A DNA stretch of 63,888 nt, filler included, from Octopus bimaculoides (GCF_001194135.2; 5 parts of 4 records of this genome joined end to end with filler, not necessarily neighbours in it); one strand, 5' to 3'. Counted from the whole stretch's first letter, positions 37,862 through 51,788 are shown. Program-made: numbers and translations. Notes: generated from the letters alone by a model not told the origin.

Positions 37862-38680
37862 TATGCTATGTGTGTGTACATATGCATATATACGCGCACG
37901 CACACACACAAATTGCATATGGCGTTGGGGCAATTTTTTTCTGGTCACTTTGTCGTCGCCATCCATCTCAGATTTTTACGCACTTATTTTTCAATTTGTT
38001 TTAGTGAAAAAATCAAAAGAAATCAATGCTTTCCATACTCAGGGAGTCGTGTATGCGTTGAATCATGGCTTCGGCTGGTTTTCAGAGTATTTTGAGGGGA
38101 TTTTCTTTAGTAAATAACGGAACAACATGAACGCTATAGTTTCGGAGAGATAGTAATTGGGTTTTGCAATGAAAATGACTGGGATATCAAAATAACTAAA
38201 ATCCGTCCCAAGAGAATAATGATTGCATTGCACCCAAAAGTAAAAAATTGTCCAAGGCGAAGAGAAATCAATCAAAAAGAGAAATATAGATATACATAAG
38301 CTAAAACATTCGGCAATTAGGATTGGAATGAAATTTCTTTTTCTGTTTCTTTTTATGACCTTATGGTTTGATGTCTTAATGCGTACATTTTGCTCTTTAT
38401 TTGGTGTTCATAATTTAGATAGAGAGAGATTTTTTTAATAAATGATCATAAAATCTAATTTTCCTTTTTAATATATGGAGATGGCCGTGGAAATCTGCCG
38501 CAGCGAATTCCCTCTTATCCATGCAAACAAAGGACTGTGGACGCCAAAACAATGAGGACAGTGATGATGACAGTATTGATTCAAGGATATTCAATTATAT
38601 ACAAATATCACGCAAACAGCACACACAAACATATGCATTGTACATGCGAACGTGCGATCACTGTGATTGCGTGCGCACAC

Positions 38681-38733
<53 letters not shown>

Positions 38734-39790
38734 CATTGCGTCCCACATTATTAGGCAAATCAACCTTCTCTCAATAAATGAATAAATGTATTTTCGTTCA
38801 AAACCTGTTGTTTTCCCACTGACTCTTGCCAACACCTATCTGTGCACATTCTGTTAAAATAAATCGGATCTGTGCAGATGCCAACAAATAGCGGCCATTT
38901 TTGTGATTGGGCAACACTTTTGCCGTCACACATTATTAGGCAAATATAATAAAAATGTGAACTGTGTCAGAACAAACATTTATTTAATTCAACAGTAAAG
39001 GTTTAACAAAAAAAGAATATTCATAAAGGACTTAATGGTAAACATAATAATACGTTCGAATGAAAATAATCATGGGATTATCATGTCATACAGCTCCTAA
39101 TGTTTGATGTATGATCCTCCACATGCAATAACTTGCCTTACATGCTGATCCATTGAATTTGTCAAGGTGATGATATCTTCTTGTGCCATGCTTTAAGTAG
39201 CATCTACAATAGCATCCCAGAGGGAAACTATACTCGAAAACTGCCGTCCATCTTGGTAAACGCGCCTCTTCGGGACACTCCACAGGTTCTCAATCAGGTT
39301 TAAGTCAGGGAAACAAGGTGGCTACTTCATCAAACGACCTCCAGAGAAGCCTGTTTGCTGCATGTATTCCTTAGAGTTCTTCGCTGCACGAGACCGGACA
39401 TTATCTTGCATAAAGACTAGCTTTGTCTTGAATGTAAGTTTTTGCACGGTTAGAAATTGTCCTTTAAGAAGCTAACATATGTTTTCGATATCTTAATGTC
39501 ACTGGGACTTTCCATGGTCCCATCAACCACGCCAGCCCAACACTTGACCCACTTCACCCCTTTTGGCGTCTCAAATGATGATGATAGTTCCTGCTGATTG
39601 ATACCCAACCTTTACTCCAGCCATCTGGTCCGTCAAAGGTAGCACAGCATTCGTCAGTGAAAAGAACTGTTGAAAAATCTATCTTCATGTATTCTTCTGC
39701 CCATTTCATTTTCTTCTGCTTATGAAGAGCCTTTAGGGGTGGGGGGGGGGCTTGTAACGGGTTTAACATTCCTGGCTACCTGCTACAAGA
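38734..39790 (-). mobile_element. Tc1-like (DD34E) transposon, 3' part with terminal repeat
   Basis: KWAEEYMKIDFSTVLFTDE..ATFDGPDGW, CWAG, FMQDN, PP.FPDLNLIENLWS and GGSYIKH*. The end at TA|CATTGCGTCC carries the direct repeat CACATTATTAGGCAAAT twice (~38743, ~38930). Confidence 0.88.
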
Positions 39791-40849
39791 GGCGACACTT
39801 GGTAGTTTTCGATACCGTTTCACTGCCACAACATTTGAAGACTTTTTGCTGCAAGAGAGAAGGGTTAAGCGATTACATCGACCCCAGAGCTCAACTGGTA
39901 TTTGTTTTAACGATGAAAGGCTAAGTTGACCTCGACGGAATTGGAACTCATCGTAAAGNNNNNNNNNNNNNNNNNNNNNNNNNNNNNNNNNNNNNNNNNN
40001 NNNNNNNNNNNNNNNNNNNNNNNNNNNNNNNNNNNNNNNNNNNNNNNNNNNNNNNNNNNNNNNNNNNNNNNNNNNNNNNNNNNNNNNNNNNNNNNNNNNN
40101 NNNNNNNNNNNNNNNNNNNNNNNNNNNNNNNNNNNNNNNNNNNNNNNNNNNNNNNNNNNNNNNNNNNNNNNNNNNNNNNNNNNNNNNNNNNNNNNNNNNN
40201 NNNNNNNNNNNNNNNNNNNNNNNNNNNNNNNNNNNNNNNNNNNNNNNNNNNNNNNNNNNNNNNNNNNNNNNNNNNNNNNNNNNNNNNNNNNNNNNNNNNN
40301 NNNNNNNNNNNNNNNNNNNNNNNNNNNNNNNNNNNNNNNNNNNNNNNNNNNNNNNNNNNNNNNNNNNNNNNNNNNNNNNNNNNNNNNNNNNNNNNNNNNN
40401 NNNNNNNNNNNNNNNNNNNNNNNNNNNNNNNNNNNNNNNNNNNNNNNNNNNNNNNNATATATATATATATACATATATACACACACACATACACACAATC
40501 AGACCGGTGCACATATATATCATATATAGGTATACACCACACGCAAACATATATGCACAAAATATTGTGCATTATAAATGCATACGTGTATACACATATG
40601 TACGTGTATATGTTTATATCCACGTGAGTACTCAAATATACACAGACACTAATATACACACACTTAGATATTTATTAACAAATAATTTCCGGGTTTTGCC
40701 TGGCATTGTCTCTGCAAGCTCAACAAACTTGCACCAGTGAAGTTTTGAATTAACTGTTAACAGAACAAAACATGAATTTAAAATACTTCATTCCATCAAT
40801 ACTCGTTGAACAGAACATATAGACAATATTTTTAGCATGTATGTATATA

Positions 40850-41030
40850 TTTTTATCTGTTGCCTATTTCAGTCATCTGACTCCGGCGAAGCTGGAGCAC
40901 CGCCTTTAGTCGAAGAAATCGACACCAGACTTATTCGTTGTAAGCCTAGTACTTATCCTATCGGTCTCTTTTGCCGAGCCGCTAAGTTATGGGGACATAA
41001 ACACACCAACACCGGTTGTCAAGCGATGGC
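40850..41030 (-). mobile_element. SINE 3' half
   Basis: TTTCAGTCAT.TGACT...GGAGCACCGCCTTTAGTCG...GTAAGCCTAGTACTTA, matching 47895-48060. Confidence 0.8.
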
Positions 41031-42510
41031 ATATTTATATGTATGTATGTATATATAAATATCTATGTTATATACGTATACCATATATGTGTATATATTT
41101 ATATANNNNNNNNNNNNNNNNNNNNNNNNNNNNNNNNNNNNNNNNNNNNNNNNNNNNNNNNNNNNNNNNNNNNNNNNNNNNNNNNNNNNNNNNNNNNNNN
41201 NNNNNNNNNNNNNNNNNNNNNNNNNNNNNNNNNNNNNNNNNNNNNNNNNNNNNNNNNNNNNNNNNNNNNNNNNNNNNNNNNNNNNNNNNNNNNNNNNNNN
41301 NNNNNNNNNNNNNNNNNNNNNNNNNNNNNNNNNNNNNNNNNNNNNNNNNNNNNNNNNNNNNNNNNNNNNNNNNNNNNNNNNNNNNNNNNNNNNNNNNNNN
41401 NNNNNNNNNNNNNNNNNNNNNNNNNNNNNNNNNNNNNNNNNNNNNNNNNNNNNNNNNNNNNNNNNNNNNNNNNNNNNNNNNNNNNNNNNNNNNNNNNNNN
41501 NNNNNNNNNNNNNNNNNNNNNNNNNNNNNNNNNNNNNNNNNNNNNNNNNNNNNNNNNNNNNNNNNNNNNNNNNNNNNNNNNNNNNNNNNNNNNNNNNNNN
41601 NNNNNNNNNNNNNNNNNNNNNNNNNNNNNNNNNNNNNNNNNNNNNNNNNNNNNNNNNNNNNNNNNNNNNNNNNNNNNNNNNNNNNNNNNNNNNNNNNNNN
41701 NNNNNNNNNNNNNNNNNNNNNNNNNNNNNNNNNNNNNNNNNNNNNNNNNNNNNNNNGTGTGTGTATATATATATGTGTGTGTCTGTGTGAGTGTACACAG
41801 ACATACACACATATATATGAGTATATATATATACATAGACACAGTCACACACACACACACACATTTATATATATACACATGCACATACATATATATACAC
41901 AGACATGTATATATACACACACACACATGTATATGCACACGCACATATATTTATACCACTAATCTTATAAATTGACATATTTATATTCATATACATACAT
42001 TTATATATACCCACAAGAATTATCTATGTATCAATTTCCCTCTCTGTTTCTCTGTATGTGTGTGTATAAATATCTATGTTATATACGTATACCATATATG
42101 TGTATATATTTATATATACATACACACACACACTCACACATATATATATATATATACATACATACACATATATCCACTTATATTTATTTATACACGTGTG
42201 CGAATATAATATATATATTTATGTCCAGACACACATTGATTGCTATATGAAATTCTCAAATGCATTTGTACACATAGTGATACCTGTTTGCATTCATATA
42301 ATCGCATTCGTTTCTTTGTGTATGTTTGCAAGTGTATGTTAAATATTTCAACGTATAGGTAAATATGCATCAGTTTGACTAAGTGACAACACCTTCATGT
42401 ATGCACTTTTATGCGTTTAAACATAAGCGCCATATGCCCTACGCCTATATATACTATATATACATGTGTTGAAATTTGTATTGTGTGTATTTTTGTGTAT
42501 ATATACATAC

Positions 42511-42561
<51 letters not shown>

Positions 42562-42661
42562 NNNNNNNNNNNNNNNNNNNNNNNNNNNNNNNNNNNNNNN
42601 NNNNNTTAATTAATTAANNNNNNNNNNNNNNNNNNNNNNNNNNNNNNNNNNNNNNNNNNNN
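42562..42661. other. Artificial scaffold join (44 N + TTAATTAATTAA + 44 N)
   Basis: Same 100-nt structure. Confidence 0.92.
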
Positions 42662-43039
42662 ATATATATATATATATATATAGTAAAGTTTATATGCCAA
42701 CATAATGTAGCAGTCCTACAAAGGACAATGTTACTGTTGTTTTAGCCCCAGGATGTCTGGTGTGTGTATGTATGTATGTATGTATGTATGTATGTATGTA
42801 TGTTTCAGAGTGTAATTCTGTAATGTGATTTGAAAGTCATTTCGATAGTCCTTACGAGAGGACAAGCTACTCTGTACATTCTTATACGTTTTCTTGAGTG
42901 ATGGTTCGCATTAGCTTCTTTGGAGAACCACCAGTTGTATCTTTTAGTCGCATGACTACGGGATGATTCCCCACCGCAGACTATTTAAACTGGCTGCTTT
43001 GCCGTTTACGTTGCTGTTACAATAGTCCGAAAGTGAAGG

Positions 43040-43360
43040 TGTGTGGCTAAGGAGTTAAGGTACCCGACACAATCGTAAGATCGTGTGTTTGATATCCAAC
43101 GGCGCGTTGTGTTTTTGAGCAAGACACTTTATTTCACGTCATTTCAATCCACTCAGCTGGAAAATATGAGTTCTACATATAATTCATAGGGCCACGCTTG
43201 TTACATTCTGTGACACACTGAATCTCCCTAGAAACTACGTTAAGTACGCAGGTCTATGGAGTGCTCAGCCACGTGCACGTTAATTTCATGAGTAGGTTGT
43301 TCCGGCGATGATCTTGAACTGGAACACTCGTCGTCGGAACCGAGGGAGCAACGGCTTTTT
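43040..43360 (+). mobile_element. tRNA-derived SINE, near full length
   Basis: GTGTGTGGCTAAGGAGTTAAGG head, GAGCAAGACACTTTATTTCAC and CTGAATCTCCCTA core. Confidence 0.75.
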
Positions 43361-43894
43361 GTTTTTCAATCAAATGCTTCGAAGCGCATCCATACTTTGC
43401 ACGCATTGATATCAGCAAAGTAAATGACTACGATAGAAAGACATATTGTACGATACAATAAACGTTATACAAAAATAAGGGATGATTTCAGGAGAGTTGA
43501 ACTTGGATTAAACAAGAACAACTCCAAAAGAAAGTGATGTACGCTAGATATTTTTTGAAGTAAATGAAGAAATTATATGCAACAAATAATGTGAGAATCA
43601 GAAGACCGGTCAACACTAGGAACAACTGATGTATGTAAAAAAAATATGAGTTAAAGAATTTTTGACATGAGTTAACCGAAACAATTCATAAATGATTCGC
43701 AGGTGACAAAGATGCTTGGGGGGGGGGAGAATACTACTTAGACAGGCGAAGATATGCAAATGAAATTTATAACGTAGGCAAGAAGATTAGCGACAGAATG
43801 GCACAGGTCTCAATAATCTGATGAGGTGGGTGATGAGCAGAAGCAATATTTCATCTATGTCATTCATGAATAAATATTATATAGATGATAAATA

Positions 43895-44022
<128 letters not shown>

Positions 44023-44924
44023 AAATATATATATATATATATATATTTATATTTATGTAATCATAAAGATTTATAAATAAATAATTATATAATATATATG
44101 CATATACATGGGCGTATGTATATACAAATTTACACACACACATATATGCATGCATGTATGTATGTATGTATGTGCTTATATATACGCCTATATTCAATTA
44201 AAATTGACAGGCATACTTATAAAATACCAAACAGCAACGTGCATAAATCTATCATATTGTACTCATGTATATAAACATTAAATTAATATGATAATAAATA
44301 TATCAGAAGAAATGAAAAAAATACGGACACTTCCATAGCCTGCTTCGAGAGCCTCAGTATGAACCAGGTTAAGCATATGATTCCAATAACATTACGAAGA
44401 ACAAAACAATATGTTGTCCAACCGCACTCACCACAAAATCAATATTCATAATATATTTTACACCAAAGTTCTTTTTACAATACCTGAGTTCAGAAAATTG
44501 TTAAACCGTCTACGTATAAAAGATACCTTGTGGTATTTGATTAAGGTTCTTTATTTTCTGTGTTCGAATCACGCCAAGGTTCAACTTTGCTTTCATTATT
44601 TGTGGGGTGTGCATGAAATGCAATATCAATGGAGCACTGAGATCATCATAATCCCGAAACTTCTCCCAATAAGATTTAAAGTCCGATGTGGAGTGTATTT
44701 TCGGAGCAGTTATACGATAGAGTGCTGAAAACTTCCTGGCTTTGGGTAAAAGAAAATACAGAAGGGTCAGATAATTATGATTGTGTTCAATATATTCCCT
44801 ACTCACATTCACATACGTATTACTGTGGTTCTTCAGTTTTTCTAAGCTCTGTGAAAGAACTCCAAGTAGGCCTTTCACGATACCCTTAAAGCCAGAACTT
44901 GTTAGCACCGCTTTGTATAGCAAT

Positions 44925-45290
44925 GAGCTAGTAGGAACTTTAGCGTGTCGACCAAAGCACTTAGGAGCATTTCTTCCGAAACTGTATATTCAGAGTTCAG
45001 ATTCCGCTAAGATCGAGTTAGCCTTTCTTCCTCTTGGGGTTGATAAAATAAAACACTATTAATGTAATAGAATCTATGTAATCGACTAACAATCTCTCCC
45101 CAAAAATTGAAATAAAAATTGAAATAAAGCAACGTGCTGACAGAATCGTTACACTGCTGGGCAGAATGTTTAGCGGTATTTCTTCCGAATCATTAAACAC
45201 GGAGTTCAAGCCCAACTGAGGTCGACAAAATATAGTACCAGCTTTGAATTGGGGTGGATGTAAACGATTTAACTCCACCTCCTAAAATTG
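44925..45290 (+). mobile_element. Two tandem degenerate SINE copies
   Basis: Two heads (GAGCTAGTAGGAAC; GTGCTGACAGAATCGTTA), each followed by GAGTTCA...GA..TCGA core sequence. Confidence 0.6.
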
Positions 45291-46349
45291 TTGGCCGTGT
45301 GCAAAAAATTTGGAAGCCATCATAATCTTCATTATCATTGCAATCCAGCTTCCAGAACTTTCATGCTTGTCACACGCCATGACATGCAGTTTTGAGTTCC
45401 TTGTGTGTGTATGTGAGTGTGTGTGTGCGTGTATGAGTATGTGTGCGTGCATCTGTGTATGCGTGCGTGTGTGCGTGCGTGCATGAGTGCTTGTTCCCTA
45501 CTTCTGTTTGTTTGTGCTGAAGAATTAGTGTAGTTGTCCCTGATGTACTTTCAGTATTTTAGTGTTTGATGTTTATAAACTTCAAATCCATTGGTTGAGT
45601 ATGAACTTCTGAAAACATTCAAGTCTTATAAAAAGGATTCTTATAATTTTTCTCATGCCTACCTAACCATTCATGGTTATATTTAATAGATATATTACTT
45701 GAGTTAAATCATGGCAAGAAAGTAAATAAAGAGTTTCTTTGCAATATTCCACTTCTGATATGTATGTTTTTCAAAAAAATTCAATCCGAACAGCAGTTTC
45801 CATGATATATCACAGGACTTCGTTTACTTGGGGGAAATAAAATGGGACTTCCTGAAAACGGAGACCTGGGTCGAATGCTTTCAAAAGAATGAATCTAATA
45901 TACCAGCCGGTTCTGTTAAACTGGATGACAAATTAATTCTAATATCCATTGGTTGTTCAGGATTTGAACCCAGACCACAAAGAACCAAAAGAAAAACCAT
46001 AAAGTATCCAATCCAACATTCTTAGTATTATGCCAACCTACTGGCTGAAGAGGAACACATTTTTACCGATCACAGATTGATGAATGTCAAAAGTTACCTT
46101 AGCGAGATTTGAACTCAGAAAGCAATTTATAGATTTGTGCGTATCTGGAATTTGTTTTGAAACACTATTATAGTTTTCATCCCCAGTAGCCATATAAGTA
46201 TGTTCAAAGCAACAACTATAGATGCATGACTACGCTTCATATATTTCGTCCGGCTGTAGAACACTGTCAATGTTGGGTGCTTTTTAGTTGCGCCTGATTC
46301 TTAGATGTCAATAAACGCTCTGCCGACTATGGTGGTTAATTGTGCCCGT

Positions 46350-46585
46350 CGTATACATGCATGTGTGTGTGTGTGTTTCTGTGTCTGTGCTTGTCCTCCC
46401 AACATCACCTGACAAACGAAGGTGGTGTGTTTACGTCCCCTTAACTTAGCGGTTCGGCAAAAGAGACGATATAATAAGTACTAGGCTTACAACGAATAAG
46501 TCTTGGGGCGATTTGCTCGACTAAAGGCGGTGCTCCGGCATGGCTGCAGTCAAATGTCTGAAACAAGTAAAAGATAAAAGAGTAG
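46350..46585 (+). mobile_element. SINE 3' half
   Basis: TTTACGTCCCC..AACTTAGCGGTTCGGCAAAAGAG...CTAAAGGCGGTGCTCC...CTGAAACAAGTAAAAGA tail. Confidence 0.85.
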
Positions 46586-47139
46586 ACGATATCATTTAAT
46601 CCTTAAGGCTGCTGATCTTGTGACTCTATTCAATGCAATTATTACCATGGTATGTACTGGATACATTACCCTGCCGTAAACTACGTATATCTACTTATGA
46701 AATTCGATGTTATTTACACATATTCTTTAATCTCCAATATGTCTATACCTAAAAAACTTCGATGAAACATATATTTAATCAGTAATCGAATTCAGACAAG
46801 CCCCATCATTCCATCGCTATCCAGTTTGTGACCCCCAAAATTATTCAGCTCCTACTCTGAAATCCTCTCTTTCCGTCGAAGGCTTTGGCATATGAAGCCG
46901 CGTACAGAAAACTGAAATGCATCGTAAAGAAACACACGTAAATTGCTGTGAAGAGTTACATAGTGAGGAGAAACTGTACATATTCATGTGAATCAAATTA
47001 AAGAGAAGACATGAGAATTTGTTTAGAAATTGAAGGTGGGTGGGGGCAAGATGTTCTTTAGTAAAATGCACTATCCTCGATAAAACAACTTACATATCAA
47101 TGGATTAGGAAATATTTGGTTTTGACTCAATGAAAAGCA

Positions 47140-47520
47140 CCAGATAGAAATGAAATGGAAAATGATATCACTAAAGTGATGATCAGATATATCATGCTCA
47201 CCAGGATTATGGATTTACTTTTGGACAAAAGCTACAAATATGAAACTTCAGAGCCTGTTGATGCAAACGCACAAACCATCATCACAGTGTAGCTGATGCT
47301 AGATAATTTCAATTGTAGACAGTGCAGTGGTCGTTACACAAAAGCATTCCAAATAGCAAAATCTCATATTGGGAATGTATTCGACCATATCAAGAAAAAT
47401 AACCTCGGCCGATTAGACTCGGCCTTGGCATATTGAGCTGCTGAGAGATTGTCAAACAATTACAGGTGGACTGCGTCATGGAGTTGTAATCGAGTGCAGG
47501 AAAAGTAATACTCAACACAA
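47140..47520 (+). mobile_element. Highly decayed mariner-like fragment
   Basis: Only weak translated resemblance to the mariner HTH / WVPHEL region. Confidence 0.3.
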
Positions 47521-47889
47521 TCACTCAAGTACACACTACCACACGCGCACACGCTCGTATATACATACAAACACGCACGCATAAAAACACGCGCATACTC
47601 AGAGACACACACGTGCACACGCAAATACACACACACGCAAGCAGATGTTGTTTACAACAATATAGATATAGCATAAATCGAGAGAACCTGAAATAGTGTG
47701 TTCTTAACGGTTGAATTCCGAATGGTTCCACGAAAAGCATAACTGAGAAGAGAGAGAAATAAGGAGTAAAGAATAAGCGTGTCTCAAGTGCATGCGAAGG
47801 AGTTGTAGCGAGTGTGTTCTTTAGGTTGCATTTGCATCAGCAACATGGTACACATATAATTTTCATAAAGTTAATCTTTCTTTTTATCT

Positions 47890-48097
47890 ATTTTCGCTTG
47901 TTTCAGTCATGTGACTGCAGCCATGCTGGAGCACCGCCTTTAGTCGAGAAAATCGACCCCAAGACTTATTCTTTGTAAGCCTAGTACTTATTATATCGGT
48001 GACATTTGGCCGAACCACTGAGTTACGGGAACATAAACACCAGCACCGGTTGTCGAGCGATGCTGGAGGAACAAACACAGACACATAAACACACACT

Positions 48098-48133
<36 letters not shown>

Positions 48134-48350
48134 NNNNNNNNNNNNNNNNNNNNNNNTATATATATATATATATATATATATATACGATAGGCTTCTTTCA
48201 GTTTCCTTCTATTAAATCCACTCACAAGGCTTTTGCCAGCCCGAGGCTATAGCAGAATACATTTGCCCAAGATGCCTCGCAGTGGGACTGAACCCGGAAC
48301 CATGTGGCCGATAAACTAGCTACTTACCACACAGCCACTCCAGCGCCTAG
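47890..48350 (-). mobile_element. tRNA-derived SINE, near full length with internal (CA)/(TA) tract
   Basis: The head GGCGCTGGAGTGGCTGTGTGGTAAG...GTTCCGGGTTCAGTCCC and the tail CTGAAACAAG are both present on the minus strand. Confidence 0.88.
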
Positions 48351-48469
48351 AGAGAGAAACAGAGGGAGAGAGAGAATCAGTTCAAATAAATGAATAATAA
48401 AATAAAAATAAACAACAGGAGGACGTGCACAAGGAATGTACTAGTTTGGCGTCCAGTAAAAGGAGAGAG

Positions 48470-48506
48470 CTTTTGACGTTTCGATCGTAGCTCTTCGTCG
48501 GAAAGG
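48470..48506 (-). ncRNA. Degenerate minimal hammerhead-like motif (Penelope-type terminus)
   Basis: Minus strand: CCUUU CCGACGA A GAGC-UAC-GAUC GAAA C GUC AAAAG. It has a GUC cleavage triplet, a U4->C change in the core and one helix II mismatch. Confidence 0.45.
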
Positions 48507-48669
48507 AGAAAGGAAAATGTCCTAAAAGGAAAAGAAGTAGCCAACAGCATGTATGTAGTTAAAATACTAAAGTGACCGAAAGAAGAAAGAGATAAAAAAG
48601 GTGGTTTCTTGTAGTAGGTGAGTCCGAAAATGGCCATAGTGCGTGCGTATGTGTATGTATGTGTGCACG

Positions 48670-48785
48670 CAAGGTTTTAATTAGCCCAAGGCTATAGAAG
48701 TCACTTGTCCAAGGTGCCACGCAGTGTGATTGACTACCTAATCATATAGTTGGGAAGCAATCGTCTTACCACACAGCCACGCCTA
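48670..48785 (-). mobile_element. SINE 5' fragment
   Basis: GGCGTGGCTGTGTGGTAAG head and GGCACCTTGGACAAGTG on the minus strand. Confidence 0.7.
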
Positions 48786-49019
48786 ATATACCCCATTCGT
48801 ATGTGCGGTATATATGGTGGTGAATTCATCAGTGGACGAATTTTATTTCATACACACAGACATACATATCATAGATATATGCATGAAATATACTTCATTA
48901 TATTGGATTAAGTTTATTAGTTTACTTTCATTCATCTTGATTTTACTTTTCGTTTCAATTTATAATTATGATTAATATACATCTTTGCTGTTCACGTACA
49001 CACACATTCACATATATGC

Positions 49020-49112
49020 GTGACATCTTGTTCAAGTGTCTTCTACTATAGCCTCGGGCCGACCAAAGCCTTGTCAGTGGATTTGGTAGACGGAAACTGA
49101 AAAAGAATGATG
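49020..49112 (+). mobile_element. SINE internal fragment
   Basis: CAAGTGTCTTCTACTATAGCCTCGGGCCGACCAAAGCCTTG...GGTAGACGGAAACTGAAA. Confidence 0.85.
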
Positions 49113-49530
49113 TATATAATGCCTGTGTTCTTACGACTATTCCTTCCTCTTGCACGACCTTGATGGTTTTCAAAAAGTGTTGAAACTTACAGTAGCGCTT
49201 CCACCTGCGCTGTCTGAGATCGATCTTGAGCATTCCCTCGATTTCACATGTTCCAGATACATAGATATTGCAACGAGTTGATGCACTCACCATACACGCT
49301 CATATAAAGAAGCACCAGTTTCGCCAGTTAGGACATCTCATACAGCTGGTCGATAGTCAAATTTCCAAGCTGGATGAAGGAACAACTCCTCAGAACCGTT
49401 TCAAAGACTATGTCAAAGTCTCACGGTTGCAATTCAATCTCGACCCTTCGCAACTGGGAAGAAGAGGCTTGCGACAGAAACAATAGAAAAAAAAGAGAAA
49501 TATACGAAGGATGTTGCTTAGTCTATGCAA
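49113..49530 (+). mobile_element. RTE-clade (BovB-like) LINE, 3' ORF remnant
   Basis: VYNACVLTT...RFHLRCLRSILSI...VPDT.ILQR...QFRQLGHL...NRFKDYVK...DR matches the RTE C-terminus VY.A.VL.TLLY..FH.RCLR.IL.I.W...LRW.GH...RFKD.LK. Confidence 0.82.
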
Positions 49531-51081
49531 AATCAATAAGCTGGTCAAATGGTAAAATAGCTACCCGCAAAGGAGAGGAGGTTCAATTATCTATTCTTCA
49601 GTTTGCTTACCATAAGTGTGGCCGAATATGCTTACCAAACGCAGGACTCTAAATACACTTCAGGAGTTACATAGACAAACCGCCAACAGAATATGTTGAA
49701 TTCGTTATTATAAACCCAAAATCTATAATGATCCTTCGCCTGACAGACCTAAATGTCAGGCCGAAAATACGAATTTTGTTTGAAGTCTTTGCGGCCAACT
49801 GTAAGTCTATCTCATCGGACTCATGAGTCACTGTCGATCATACGTTCGTAGGAACAATCAATTATAAGTCTACTTGTCAGCGATGGTCATGCTCGTCTAA
49901 CGAGTAGTCACCATGTCTGTCTGTCCGACAGCCTGTTTCACTGTATGTATGTATGTATGTATGTATGAACTTATGTGTGTATATATATGAGAATGTATGC
50001 ACGCACATACGTATAATGCAGCAAGTAACTTCAGCAAACATACAGAAACTCAAGAATAGACTTATAAAGATTATAAAAGAACGTGCTATCTCAAATTTTT
50101 CATAAATGTACATTTAGTCACCAACTGCAAAACTTGCTTGTTAATTAACAAGCTTGTAATATGAATGAAATCACTTTCTTCTTTGGTATAATTTTGCATA
50201 ATTATCGTTAGACAGGTTCCTCTCTTCAGGTGAAATTGACTGAGTTCTTTTCTAGTTCTTCATAGTAGGAAAGGCTCTGTCGTCAAATTAGAGTCTGTTT
50301 GTATGTTTATTAAATGCACCTCACCTTATATTCTTATGTGAGGTTAATCCCGTGAATTTTGCCTTCATTTTTGGTCCTCTGAATTACCTATTACGTTTTT
50401 CCATTGCTTCCAGCAAGGTTATCTGAAAAGGGAGACTTAACCTGTATGCTTGAATCCTCTACATAAATGCACCAAATGTGAGATGAATATAAGTCTATCA
50501 TTCCAGTAGACTTGGGTAGATTTCAGAGTGCAAAGCATTGAAAAAACAACGCAGGTTATCCATCTATGCCAATCTACCTGCCTGAAAAAGCTACTTTTTT
50601 TTTAATCGACTACAAAACGATAAAAATCAAAATGATTTGGTGCAGACTATCGGATGTCATAATACATCAGTAATCACAATGCGCTTTCCATCGTTTTCTA
50701 GCTTTCGAATAATACCACACCGCTCACTAGGCGAGCAGTAGAAAATTCCTCTTGATCAGAAGGCTGTGTATTTGAGATACTTATAAACGAACCATTTCCG
50801 GACACAATTTGAATCGCTAAAGAAAAACAAAAAAAAAAAAATAATACAGATTCTACTCTCACGAGAAGGGGTTTCGATCAGAAAATTTTTTTTTTTCTTT
50901 GCTTCTTTGCTTTCTTTTATTACCAGACTGACCAAGACTTTAACACTAGCTTCGTTACAAAAGAGATTATGCGGCTCCGGCCAGCAGATTTTATATGAGT
51001 TACCTATACAGCTAAATGCATAATAAACGTGAACAACGATAACTTTCTGATTGGTCATAACTAATATATATATATACATAC

Positions 51082-51195
<114 letters not shown>

Positions 51196-51788
51196 ATAAA
51201 ATTTTACTATGAGAATATTTAGGGCAGAAATTAGGGCAGAAATATTCTACCAGTAGCCAGCATACATAATAGAGTCAATAGACAACTTATTTTTCATATA
51301 AATTGGTGCACATTTCTATACACAAAAGCGGTGACCGTAGCAGAACACCTTACATGCAGAAAAAGGTAGTTAAAACCCAAACCATGGATGAGAGTAATTT
51401 CAAAGGGAATGAAAGATAAAAACATTTCAATAGTTACCACATGTACTCGAGTTTCGATATCAATAAATCAAATAATTTGTCATCCGTGTCTCATCGACAT
51501 GGGCGCTAAAACTGAAGACACACATGGTCCATATATATACATTATAATTTTTCAAATCCACGTAAAAGTTTACTATGAAAGTGCCTGTTTTTCATGCCCT
51601 TTGAAATTACTCTTATCTGTGGTTTGCGTTTTAACTGCCCTTTTCAGCATGTAAGGTGTCCTTATAGGGTCAGCTCTTTTGTGTATAGAAATGTGCACTA
51701 ATTTATATGAGAAGTATATATATACATATATACTATAATGGAATAATTGCTATGAAGCATTGTGTAGAATATATTGTATAAAGTATCT

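Noticed and set aside
44708-44746. Plus-strand peptide LYDRVLKTSWLW resembling the CYP4 F/G region
   Set aside because: Wrong strand for gene B, beyond two joins, and the similarity does not continue.
44817-44979. Apparent upstream exon extending ORF 44510-44923
   Set aside because: Its 5' third overlaps an antisense SINE, so the open frame is probably accidental.
49730-49770. 8-bp stem GCCTGACA/TGTCAGGC followed by CGAAA
   Set aside because: No CUGANGA box upstream; insufficient evidence for a ribozyme.
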